The notes beneath the pieces were generated by a model. It was given only the letters and a program-made list of their open reading frames with translations, had not been told where the DNA came from and ran no database searches. Position numbers and translations under genes: made by a program. This document shows, piece after piece, positions 43,015 to 51,601 of a DNA stretch of 64,000 nt (its first letter is position 1; each line of letters begins with the position of its first letter). Origin of the DNA: Candidatus Roizmanbacteria bacterium RIFCSPHIGHO2_12_FULL_37_23 (GTDB taxonomy: Bacteria; Patescibacteriota; Microgenomatia; UBA1406; HO2-37-13b); assembly GCA_001788095.1 (NCBI GenBank), contig MFZX01000009.1, positions 185 through 64,184 of the forward strand, in the 5' to 3' direction.

Positions 43015-44424
43015 ATGCTTCCCTCCAAGTTTTTGCGTGATAGATCTTCTATTTTAAAAAAAGAACTTCAACATGTAGAGTCTACGGTAGACGAGGAAGA
43101 ATACTTTTTGAAAAGAAGCGCACAGACAATTCAGAAAAGAACACAGCAATTACGAGAAACAAAAAATCAAGCGTTTGATACAGTGTCATTATGGGGGCTT
43201 TATGGGCAAGAGGATATGAAGGCTTTCAAATCAATGACTCTCCCTCTTTTTATGTCAACGACAGGTGGTCCATTTGATTGTCTTGTTGATGGTAGTTTAT
43301 TGCTTTCATATAAAACGATCGACGATCCTAACAAAATATACACGCGAATTGATAATCAAAATCCTGATCACTTAGCGATGAAAATTGCAGCGCTAGAAGG
43401 ACTTGGCGTGCCACAATTAACACAAGGTGTTTGTACATCTTCAGGTATGTCAGCAATACTCATGGCAACAATGCCTTTTCTCGAAGCTAATGATAATTTT
43501 GTTTCGTCAAATCGAGTATATGGAGGAACGCAGCAACTATTTGAAATAACGTATCCTAAGTCAGGTTGGCGCGTTCGCTGGGTTGATAAACCGTGGGAAA
43601 TTAAGGAATGGGAAAAGAGAATTGATAAAAAAACTAAGTTTTTATATATTGAATCACCGAGTAATCCTACATTGTACATAGCAGATATTCAGGCTTTATC
43701 TACATTAGCTCATGAACATTCTATACCGTTAATTATTGATTCGACATTAGCGTCTCCTGCCTTAACGAGACCCTTTGAACATGGTGCCGACATTGTTGTT
43801 CACTCAACCTCTAAGATCGCTAATGGTAGTTGTAGAGCAATTGGAGGCGTGGTGATTTCCCTTGATACTATTACTACCAATATAGAATCTATTAAGGACA
43901 ATTTCGCATATATGTTAAAAGGTGGTCATTTCCGTAACATGGGACCATGTCTTTCACCTTTCAACGCACAAATTATTTGGGATGAACTCATCACGCTGCG
44001 CTTAAGAGTTAAACAAGTGTCAGAAAATGCTTTGATCATAGCAAAATATCTTGAAAAACATCCAAAAATAGAAAAAGTAAATTATCCTGGTCTTGCTTCT
44101 CATCCTCAGCATAGAATTGCAAAACAGCTTATGAAGCTTCCTGATGGCCAAAACGCTTATGGTCATCTTATGTCCTTTAATATCAAAGGAGGACTACGTA
44201 AAGCAAAAAAATTTGCTGAAAATTTTGAATTTGGTGTTCAGGTTACTCATTTAGGAGGTAGTTATACTGTTTGGGTACACAACGCAACAACGACACATGG
44301 TCAAATGACAAATGAAGAGAGACGAGCTGCTGGAATTTCTGATAACCTTATTCGATACTCTGTAGGCTTGGAAGGAGTACAAGATGCACTATCTGCACTT
44401 GATAAAACATTACGGAAAATATAA
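43015..44424 (+). CDS. Cys/Met-metabolism PLP-dependent enzyme (O-acetylhomoserine sulfhydrylase / methionine gamma-lyase family) with an N-terminal extension
   Basis: 469 aa. The core starts at FDTVSLWG, the PLP lysine context is VVHSTSKIANGS, and the C-terminal LIRYSVGLE motif is present. Confidence 0.75.
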   Translation: MLPSKFLRDRSSILKKELQHVESTVDEEEYFLKRSAQTIQKRTQQLRETKNQAFDTVSLWGLYGQEDMKAFKSMTLPLFMSTTGGPFDCLVDGSLLLSYKTIDDPNKIYTRIDNQNPDHLAMKIAALEGLGVPQLTQGVCTSSGMSAILMATMPFLEANDNFVSSNRVYGGTQQLFEITYPKSGWRVRWVDKPWEIKEWEKRIDKKTKFLYIESPSNPTLYIADIQALSTLAHEHSIPLIIDSTLASPALTRPFEHGADIVVHSTSKIANGSCRAIGGVVISLDTITTNIESIKDNFAYMLKGGHFRNMGPCLSPFNAQIIWDELITLRLRVKQVSENALIIAKYLEKHPKIEKVNYPGLASHPQHRIAKQLMKLPDGQNAYGHLMSFNIKGGLRKAKKFAENFEFGVQVTHLGGSYTVWVHNATTTHGQMTNEERRAAGISDNLIRYSVGLEGVQDALSALDKTLRKI

Positions 44425-44442
44425 AATTTAAATATTGTACGA

Positions 44443-45150
44443 TTAGTTTAGTACACCCTCTTTTACTAATTCTGACACAACGACAAGTCTCTCTGAGTAG
44501 GATTTTTTGATCGAGTTCCAAACACCATCACATGTTATAAGTCTGAGTGCAGTGCCTTCATAATCACCATATACATATTCAGCAGGAAAAGTATCCAAGG
44601 GATAACTTTGAAGCTCAATGACGTTAAATGTAAGTTTCAACCCGTTTTCAGTTGTTACGATTATTGCGTCTCCTGGCTCCAGAAGCGCAAGGTTATAAAA
44701 TACTGCAGGAGAACCGTCTGTACGATCAAAATGTCCATTCACAATTGCCGCTCCATACTCTCCTGGACGCACACTATGTTCATACCATCCCACCTTCTCG
44801 AAATCCTTAGGGATTTCCATAACATGTTCGGGTGTTATTCCTACATATTGTATAAGGGAGTCAACACCAATTACGGGAATTTCAATTTTTGCTGGTGGTT
44901 CAACCTGAATTGGAGTAGGTATCTCTGTTGGGCTAGGCTGCGGAGATGGAAGAGGTAGATTATGGGTAACGGTTTCTACGTCTTGACGATCTTTGGCAAA
45001 AACTCCAGCAACCTCTCCTTTTTTGTTTCCTAATGGGGTCTTAAGGATAGTGAGCTCTGTTGGGGGAAGAAAAATAGCAATGATCAATACTAAAAAAATT
45101 CCGTAGATGATTTTAGTATTTAATTCAACAATTTTATTTAAAAATTCCAT
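44443..45150 (-). CDS. sortase family transpeptidase (class E/F-like)
   Basis: N-terminal TM anchor, Pro-rich linker, catalytic His context IVNGHFD, and TLxTC-type motif LRLITCDG. Confidence 0.75.
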   Translation of the reverse strand: MEFLNKIVELNTKIIYGIFLVLIIAIFLPPTELTILKTPLGNKKGEVAGVFAKDRQDVETVTHNLPLPSPQPSPTEIPTPIQVEPPAKIEIPVIGVDSLIQYVGITPEHVMEIPKDFEKVGWYEHSVRPGEYGAAIVNGHFDRTDGSPAVFYNLALLEPGDAIIVTTENGLKLTFNVIELQSYPLDTFPAEYVYGDYEGTALRLITCDGVWNSIKKSYSERLVVVSELVKEGVLN

Positions 45151-45208
45151 TACATATTAAGCATATATAATATAGTGTAGAAAAAGCAAGATTTTTGTTC
45201 TAAACGTC

Positions 45209-45237
45209 TTGACTTATCAAACCTACTTCTCCATACT
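45209..45237 (+). promoter_or_regulatory. sigma70-like promoter for pilMNO (TTGACT-N17-CATACT), 6 nt from the ATG
   Basis: TTGACT at 45209..45214, 17-nt spacer, CATACT at 45232..45237, then taaagt and the ATG at 45244. Confidence 0.4.
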
Positions 45238-45243
45238 TAAAGT

Positions 45244-46287
45244 ATGTCTGATTCTATTTTCTGTGTAGATTTTGGGGAATATTATCTTAAAGTTGCCCAA
45301 GTTGATCATAAAAAGAAAATCTTGGAAATCAAAGCCGCCGCATTCAATGAAATACCATTTAATCCGTATGCATCTTCTGCAGAAGAAGTTTTCAAGAAAT
45401 CTGAGGAGCTTTTAGTTAAGCTTATTGCAGATGCTAGTATTAAACATCAAGATGTAAATATAATTATTCCAGATAGTCAAAGCTACACGCGGATTTTTGA
45501 AATGCCTTTGCTTACAGACAAAGAGCTTTTATCTGCCATAAAATATCAAGCTGATCAATTTATCCCAATCCCTATAGATAAAGTTAGCCTTGACGTTCAC
45601 ATACTTCACAAAGATAAACAAAACAATAAAGTTGATATTTTGCTTGTTGCAGCAGCGAATACTGTGATTGAGAATATTGTTCAGATCGTTGAATCTGCAT
45701 CACTTATGCCTGTATCCATTGAAAATGAGGCAAGTGCAACAGTCAGACTTATAACCACGATACTAAAAATGGAGAAACAGAAAAACAGGAGCACTGATGA
45801 ATGTGAAGTATTTATAAACTTCGGAAATTCTTCAACATCTCTTTATTTGTTTAGTGTAACTGAGCAACGACCATTACAGGTGCATAATTTTACTCTTGGC
45901 AGAAGTATATTTTATCGAGATATTCTATCTAATTACTCTCTTAATGATCAGCAAATAAAGGATCTTATAGAAAATATAGGATTTTCCGAGGATGATTCGA
46001 CATATGATCTACATCAACTTTTAGCTGCACCGCTTAACGAGTTTGTCTCTGAGGTCAAAAGATTTTTAATGTCTACCAAGGAAGGTGCTTCTGGTAAAGT
46101 AAGGAATATTTATTTACTCGGCGAAGGTTCCAAATTTGCTTTTCTTGATAAAAAATTATCATCGCTTCTAGGCCAGTCTATTACTCCTCTTAACCTTTCT
46201 GAATACGTTTCTAAAAATTCAGTTTCAGACTACTTCAAACAAGACTGGCCATTGCTTGCTCCTGTAATAGGTGGAGCACTCAGATAG
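45244..46287 (+). CDS. pilM: type IV pilus assembly protein PilM (actin-like ATPase fold)
   Basis: 347 aa with an N-terminal FCVDFGEYYLKVAQV phosphate-1-like motif. Followed by PilN- and PilO-like genes. Confidence 0.8.
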   Translation: MSDSIFCVDFGEYYLKVAQVDHKKKILEIKAAAFNEIPFNPYASSAEEVFKKSEELLVKLIADASIKHQDVNIIIPDSQSYTRIFEMPLLTDKELLSAIKYQADQFIPIPIDKVSLDVHILHKDKQNNKVDILLVAAANTVIENIVQIVESASLMPVSIENEASATVRLITTILKMEKQKNRSTDECEVFINFGNSSTSLYLFSVTEQRPLQVHNFTLGRSIFYRDILSNYSLNDQQIKDLIENIGFSEDDSTYDLHQLLAAPLNEFVSEVKRFLMSTKEGASGKVRNIYLLGEGSKFAFLDKKLSSLLGQSITPLNLSEYVSKNSVSDYFKQDWPLLAPVIGGALR

Positions 46288-46289
46288 AT

Positions 46290-46844
46290 ATGGAAATTAC
46301 AATAAATCTTCTTCAGCAAGAAAAAAATTACAAGAGAATAGAAAATTTTTTACATATAGCACGGATGATAGTCATTCTTTTTGGTGCTGCTACATTTATT
46401 GCATTAATAGTTATTTTTTTGCTCAAGCGCAACATTAGCCAATTAGTTGACTCAAAAAGCTCAAGAAAAGAGCAGTTACTCACTGAACTCAATCAAGTTC
46501 AGGATCTTGAAGCTAAAGTTCTTTTACTAAACCAAAAGACACAACTCATGAACCAAATCGTTATACAGGAACCTCATTACTTAGACTATTACAATACTTT
46601 AAAGAGATATCTGCCTTTGGCAACTAATTCAGCCCAACTAGGTACAATTACTCTCGATAGTAAAAAGAGCGCACAGGTACAGATTGAATTTGCAGGAATT
46701 ATTCCTCTGTCTGAATTTCTTGGACGAATTGAAGAGGATGATTTCAAAAACAGTTTTAAATTGGCACAGATCAGTAGGATATCATTCTCTGAGTCTGTAG
46801 ACGAGCAGTTAAAATTAACACTTAACGTTACGTTCAATGAATAG
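46290..46844 (+). CDS. pilN: PilN-like pilus assembly protein
   Basis: 184 aa with an INLLQQE N-terminus, a single TM helix, and a coiled coil. Confidence 0.65.
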   Translation: MEITINLLQQEKNYKRIENFLHIARMIVILFGAATFIALIVIFLLKRNISQLVDSKSSRKEQLLTELNQVQDLEAKVLLLNQKTQLMNQIVIQEPHYLDYYNTLKRYLPLATNSAQLGTITLDSKKSAQVQIEFAGIIPLSEFLGRIEEDDFKNSFKLAQISRISFSESVDEQLKLTLNVTFNE

Positions 46845-47535
46845 AAAGATTATTGGAAATAGATATTTATATCGTCTTATTAAGAGACATGTTATTTATA
46901 TTATTGGGTTTGTATTATTTTCGATTTTGGCAAGTTCTTTTATTCCTCTTCAAATTAACAAATATGGTCAGCTTAGAAAACAATCAGGCTTACTTGACGA
47001 AGAATTAGCTCGACTGGAACAAAGAAGAGCTGTTTTAACACAATATAGAAATATTAACATTGACGAGCTCATCACCCTTGTAAATACTATTTTTCCTAAT
47101 ACCGAAGATAGATTTTCAATATTTGGAGCAATGGATAATTTAGAAGTTATTACTGGAGTTCCAATTACTGATTATTCCTCTCCTTTCACAGGTCATGCAA
47201 TAGATGAAACCGTCATTAGCGCACATGGACGTGCCAATGAGACAGCTTTTATGAATTTTTTAAAGGATTATCCTTATTTATCTGGGAGGCTTATTACTCT
47301 GGATAAAATAAATTTTAATCCTAAGGAAAATTTGATTAATTTTTCAATAGTCTTTCATACTAGAGATATTCCACCTTCAGAAAATCTTATTCCAGAATAT
47401 AATGCTACAGTTGTCTTGCAAATTAATGCTCTGAGGGATGAACTTGAAGCTCGTAATCCTGCATTTGCTCAAAATAGCAGAGAGGAAGAAGTAATACCTA
47501 TAAATTATTCAACAAAGACTAATCCATTTGAATAG
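46837..47535 (+). CDS. PilO-like pilus assembly protein
   Basis: 232 aa with a single TM helix followed by a coiled coil (LDEELARLEQRRAVL). Called mainly from its position after pilM and pilN. Confidence 0.5.
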   Translation: MNRKIIGNRYLYRLIKRHVIYIIGFVLFSILASSFIPLQINKYGQLRKQSGLLDEELARLEQRRAVLTQYRNINIDELITLVNTIFPNTEDRFSIFGAMDNLEVITGVPITDYSSPFTGHAIDETVISAHGRANETAFMNFLKDYPYLSGRLITLDKINFNPKENLINFSIVFHTRDIPPSENLIPEYNATVVLQINALRDELEARNPAFAQNSREEEVIPINYSTKTNPFE

Positions 47536-47537
47536 GA

Positions 47538-47783
47538 TTAATTTTCAGTTACGTTTATAAAAACTCTTCTTCTAAGGTCCGGGTATTTCTTGACATCATA
47601 TAAACGCAGAACGTCAGTAATAGCTTTAATAGTAAGTCCTCTTTTACCAATTACGCGAGGATAATCTTCGTCATGAAGCTCTATATTGAATCGTAATACG
47701 TCGCTTTCTTCTTCCTTTGTGATTTTTACCTCTTGCTCGTGGTCTACAATTCCAGACAAGATATAGTTAAGAAATTCTTCCAT
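47538..47783 (-). CDS. KH-domain RNA-binding protein (UPF0109/YlqC-like)
   Basis: MEEFLNYILSGIVDHEQEVKI...VIGKRGLTIKAI (GxxG loop). Start set at the internal ATG 47783, immediately after the rpsP stop. Confidence 0.8.
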   Translation of the reverse strand: MEEFLNYILSGIVDHEQEVKITKEEESDVLRFNIELHDEDYPRVIGKRGLTIKAITDVLRLYDVKKYPDLRRRVFINVTEN

Positions 47784-47785
47784 AA

Positions 47786-48025
47786 TTATTTGAGATGGTG
47801 TCGCAGTAATCGGGCAGTTCCTTTTGTTAATTGTGCCCCTTTTCCAAGCCACTCCCTAAGTTTTTGTTTATCGACTTCAAGAATATGAGTAGTAGGTAAA
47901 GGATCATATCGTCCTATTAAGTCAATATAGGAACCGTCACGTTTACTTCGAGCCTCGGCTACAATGATCCTATATTTAGGATCATTTCTTCTTCCAATTC
48001 TTGTGAGCTTAATTCGTAGTGCCAT
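47786..48025 (-). CDS. rpsP: 30S ribosomal protein S16
   Basis: MALRIKLTRIGRRNDPKYRIIVAEARSKRDG. ATG at 48025 preferred over the track TTG at 48040. Confidence 0.9.
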   Translation of the reverse strand: MALRIKLTRIGRRNDPKYRIIVAEARSKRDGSYIDLIGRYDPLPTTHILEVDKQKLREWLGKGAQLTKGTARLLRHHLK

Positions 48026-48081
48026 AGTTATTTGTCGCAAAGCGACGTCATAATTTCCTACTCAATTGAATTATAGCATAT

Positions 48082-48777
48082 CTAAAGTTTTTGTAAAGCC
48101 TTGCGGGCAGCCTCTTCTTCAGCTAATTTTTTGGATTTTCCTTGACCCTTTGCTAAAAGTTTTTCATCATCATAAACACCAATTTCATATTGTTTATTAT
48201 GTTCAGGACCGCTTTCATTCAAAACTTGATACCGCGGCAATTTTTTGTATCTATCCTGGTAATATTCTTGTAAAACATTTTTGGCAGGTAAGTATAATTT
48301 TTTTCGAATAATAGTATCGAGTGTATCCTTAAATAAAAATGTAGTAACAAATGTATATGAAGTCTTAAATCCTTTTTCAAGATATATGGCTCCCAAAAGT
48401 GCCTCGAAACAGTCTGCGAGAATCGAAACATTCTCTCTTCCATTATTTTCCTGTTCTCCTTTCGATAAATGTAGATATTTTCCTAGATTCAATTCTTTTG
48501 CCGCGGCATAAAGACTGGCAGTGTTTACGACTGCAGCTTTAATATCAGTATAATCACCCTCTTGATGGTCTGGATAATTACGGTATAGATGTTCAGATGT
48601 AATAAGAGATAATACGCTATCTCCTAAAAACTCAAGTTTTTCGTTTGATGGTAATGGGAAACCGGCATGTTCATTGAGGTATGAACGATGTACAAAAGCC
48701 GTTTGTAGTAATTGTTTATCTTTGAAGACAATTTTAATCTTTTCTTCAAGAACAGAAGTATCAAGTGTTTTGCTCAT
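48082..48777 (-). CDS. rnc: ribonuclease III
   Basis: FVHRSYLNE, the signature LEFLGDSVL, and a C-terminal dsRBD (GPEHNKQYEIGV...GKSKKLAEEEAA). The start is ambiguous among 48777, 48786 and 48807. Confidence 0.9.
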   Translation of the reverse strand: MSKTLDTSVLEEKIKIVFKDKQLLQTAFVHRSYLNEHAGFPLPSNEKLEFLGDSVLSLITSEHLYRNYPDHQEGDYTDIKAAVVNTASLYAAAKELNLGKYLHLSKGEQENNGRENVSILADCFEALLGAIYLEKGFKTSYTFVTTFLFKDTLDTIIRKKLYLPAKNVLQEYYQDRYKKLPRYQVLNESGPEHNKQYEIGVYDDEKLLAKGQGKSKKLAEEEAARKALQKL

Positions 48778-49123
48778 CAGTTTCATAAATTTTCCCAAGC
48801 ACTGCATTTATAAATGATGGGGATTTCTCTCCTCCTAGCTCTTTGCCAAGTTCGACAGCCTCGTTGATAACAACTTTTGGTGGTGTTTTCCGCTCAATAA
48901 GTAACTCGAATAATGCGAGTCGAAGTATAGATAGATCTACTCGTGCAATCTTATCAACACTAAATTTCTTCGCAAATTCCTCAATGTGTTTATCAATTTG
49001 TACTGAATGCTTGAGAATTTCCTGAGTGCGCTCTGTTAATTGGATTTTGCTTTGGTCGTTTTTATACATTGATGCGTAAAGATTCTGAACAGTTTTGACT
49101 CTACGTAGATGTCGTCTATCCAT
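48761..49123 (-). CDS. nusB: transcription antitermination factor NusB
   Basis: 120 aa with MDRRHLRRVKTVQNLY and the VINEAVELGKELGGEKSPSFINAVLGKI motif. Confidence 0.85.
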   Translation of the reverse strand: MDRRHLRRVKTVQNLYASMYKNDQSKIQLTERTQEILKHSVQIDKHIEEFAKKFSVDKIARVDLSILRLALFELLIERKTPPKVVINEAVELGKELGGEKSPSFINAVLGKIYETDEQNT

Positions 49124-49129
49124 TATAGT

Positions 49130-49279
49130 TTATTTTCCGCAATGTGGACACACCCGGTGCGATAATTTAGGTTTATTGCAGTTTTTACATACAACATATT
49201 GACCTAAAGATATCTTCCGAGCCGTTCGTCGCTTACCTTTTCGACGTGTAGAGTGCTTGCGTTTTGGTACTGGAGCCAT
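49130..49279 (-). CDS. rpmF: 50S ribosomal protein L32
   Basis: Not in the ORF track (49 aa). Hand translation: MAPVPKRKHSTRRKGKRRTARKISLGQYVVCKNCNKPKLSHRVCPHCGK-stop, showing the L32 N-terminal motif and a C4 knuckle. Confidence 0.9.
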   Translation of the reverse strand: MAPVPKRKHSTRRKGKRRTARKISLGQYVVCKNCNKPKLSHRVCPHCGK

Positions 49280-49286
49280 AGAGGGT

Positions 49287-49315
49287 ATTGTACAGACAAA
49301 TGTGAAATTTTACAA
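49287..49315 (-). promoter_or_regulatory. sigma70-like promoter for rpmF (TTGTAA-N17-TACAAT), 7 nt from the ATG
   Basis: Minus strand: TTGTAA at 49315..49310, 17-nt spacer, TACAAT at 49292..49287, then accctct and the ATG at 49279. Confidence 0.5.
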
Positions 49316-49319
49316 GATG

Positions 49320-51398
49320 TTAATCTCTCGATATATGATCAATCTTATATTTCATGATTCGTTCTTCAAGAAACGGGAAGTCTTTTAGTGCATATGAAGA
49401 TTCCAGAAATGTCTTGACGGTCTTCTGCGCTTGTCTAATGAGTTGTGTATCTGAAAGTGAAGCAATATTGAGTCTATCTATGCCATGCTGTTGCGTTCCA
49501 AATATATTACCCGCTCCTCGATGCTTGAGATCATATTCTGCAAGTTTGAACCCATCATAGACTTTTGAAAACATCTCAAGTCTTGTACGAATATTTTCAG
49601 CATTTTGCTCAGTAAATAATAAACAATATGATTGCTTATCTGATCTTCCTACTCGTCCGCGGAGTTGGTGTAGTTGAGCCATACCAAACCGTTGGGCAGC
49701 TTCAATCATCATGATGGTAGCATTAGGGATATCGATACCAACCTCAACAACAGGAGTCGAAACAAGAATATCAATTTTTCCTTTTGCGAAGTCAGATATA
49801 ACAGTATCTTTTTCATTTGATTTCATACGACCATGTAAAAGTCCAAGCTTAAGATCTATGAAGATTTCTTTTGATAATCTTTCAAATTCAGCTTTTACAG
49901 CTTTAACATTTTGCATACTTTCTGAGGAGGATTCTTCTATAAGTGGGCAAACAATAAAAACTTGAGCCTTGTTATGCTTAACTTCTTTTGTAATCCAATT
50001 ATATGCATCCTGTCTTTTCGAAGGTAGAACACAGTACGTTTTTATCTTTAGACGTCCTTGTGGAAGTTCATCGATTATCGATACATCGAGTTCCCCATAG
50101 AGAGTCAACATGGCTGTACGAGGTATAGGAGTAGCAGTCATTGAGAGAAGATGAGGATTAATACCCTGCTCTTTAAGTTTAGCTCTTTGAATAACGCCAA
50201 ATTTATGCTGCTCGTCTACGACAACGTATCCTATATTATCAAAACTGTTTTTACCGGAAATAAGCGCATGTGTACCAATAATTATTGATGCTTTGTCAAG
50301 CTCATTTTTCGATACTTTTTTATTTGAGGTAATAAGTACGGTGTGCGGTCTTAGATTTTTTTTGAGATTTTCAAACACTTTTTGCACACTCGCGTAATGT
50401 TGTTGTGCTAGGATTTCAGTTGGTGCCATAAAAAGGGTTTTATAACCATTGAGAAACGCGAGGAAAGCACCAAACGCAGAAACTACTGTTTTACCACTTC
50501 CTACATCACCTTGTAGCAACCTGTTCATCGGGGTAGATGAGGAAAGATCGTTGATAATCTCAGAAACACATCGTTTCTGTGCTTTAGTTAACGAAAACGG
50601 TAAGCTTTTTTCGAATGTTTTTAATAGTTTTTCATAAGGTTTCAATTTGAATGCATTTCCTATAACATCTTTTTTCCATTCCTGTCGAATGAGAGTAGAT
50701 GATAACTGAATAATAAATAGCTCATCAAAGGATAAGCGGTTTCGAGCAGCCTCTAGGCCATTTTTATTACTTGGAAAATGAATTTGAGCGTATGCTTTCT
50801 GCTCTTCGATCATTTTGAGGTTTTTTAACAAAGGAACTGGAAGAATGTCTTGAATGTCATCACCATACATGAATAACACATAATATATTTTTTCACGAAT
50901 TGTTTTCGTTGAAAGGCCGCGTGTTTGAGGGTAAATCGGAACTATGCGTCCAGAATGCACGGTTTCATCAGATAAACCCTTGAGTATTTCAAATTCTTCA
51001 GCCTGGAAGCTTAGTGTACCCTTAAATGATTTTATTCCCCCTGCGAGAGATACGATGGTTCCAGGCTTTAAAATTTCTCTTAAGTAAGGTTGATTGAACC
51101 ATGCTACCTCTATTTCACCAGAACTATCATACACTTTTGCTTTTTGTATAGTAAACCGTCGACGTGTATAAATATTTTCACATGTCCTTACTATGGCTTT
51201 TATCGTAACCTTTTGCTGCGCATAGATTATATTATCGAGATCAGTAATTCTGATAATTGTGGAATAATCCTCATGCCGTAAAGGAAAATAGTTAAGGAGT
51301 TCAAAAAACGTAGTTATTCCTAGTTTATGAAAAATATGAAAAGTTCTTGGCGCAGTTCGTGGGAGTAAAGAAATGGACTGATTAAGCGCTTGAATCAT
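49320..51398 (-). CDS. recG: ATP-dependent DNA helicase RecG
   Basis: 692 aa with an N-terminal wedge/OB region, GDVGSGKT, DEQHKFG, and helicase C motifs (QLRGRVGR). Confidence 0.9.
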   Translation of the reverse strand: MIQALNQSISLLPRTAPRTFHIFHKLGITTFFELLNYFPLRHEDYSTIIRITDLDNIIYAQQKVTIKAIVRTCENIYTRRRFTIQKAKVYDSSGEIEVAWFNQPYLREILKPGTIVSLAGGIKSFKGTLSFQAEEFEILKGLSDETVHSGRIVPIYPQTRGLSTKTIREKIYYVLFMYGDDIQDILPVPLLKNLKMIEEQKAYAQIHFPSNKNGLEAARNRLSFDELFIIQLSSTLIRQEWKKDVIGNAFKLKPYEKLLKTFEKSLPFSLTKAQKRCVSEIINDLSSSTPMNRLLQGDVGSGKTVVSAFGAFLAFLNGYKTLFMAPTEILAQQHYASVQKVFENLKKNLRPHTVLITSNKKVSKNELDKASIIIGTHALISGKNSFDNIGYVVVDEQHKFGVIQRAKLKEQGINPHLLSMTATPIPRTAMLTLYGELDVSIIDELPQGRLKIKTYCVLPSKRQDAYNWITKEVKHNKAQVFIVCPLIEESSSESMQNVKAVKAEFERLSKEIFIDLKLGLLHGRMKSNEKDTVISDFAKGKIDILVSTPVVEVGIDIPNATIMMIEAAQRFGMAQLHQLRGRVGRSDKQSYCLLFTEQNAENIRTRLEMFSKVYDGFKLAEYDLKHRGAGNIFGTQQHGIDRLNIASLSDTQLIRQAQKTVKTFLESSYALKDFPFLEERIMKYKIDHISRD

Positions 51399-51601
51399 GA
51401 TGACGTGATAACCCGCGCTTTATCTGAGCGAATAAATAAGTAAAGGTAGTAGTGAGGTTGAAATAAGCAAAATAGTTGAAATCACAATAACTATTTTCAT
51501 AAGCAGTTGCTTATTTGTAATAAGTTTTTTGAATCTTCTAAACATTTTAGAGATAAAAGTTAAAAATTTAGAATTGAGACCTACTATAGTATACTATACG
51601 T

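Noticed and set aside
51420-51500. 26-codon hydrophobic ORF (MKIVIVISTILLISTSLLPLLIYSLR) on the minus strand in the recG/PBP1A divergent spacer
   Set aside because: There is no SD, no convincing promoter, and no way to assess conservation from here. In AT-rich DNA, short hydrophobic ORFs arise easily. It is worth a look only if conserved in relatives.
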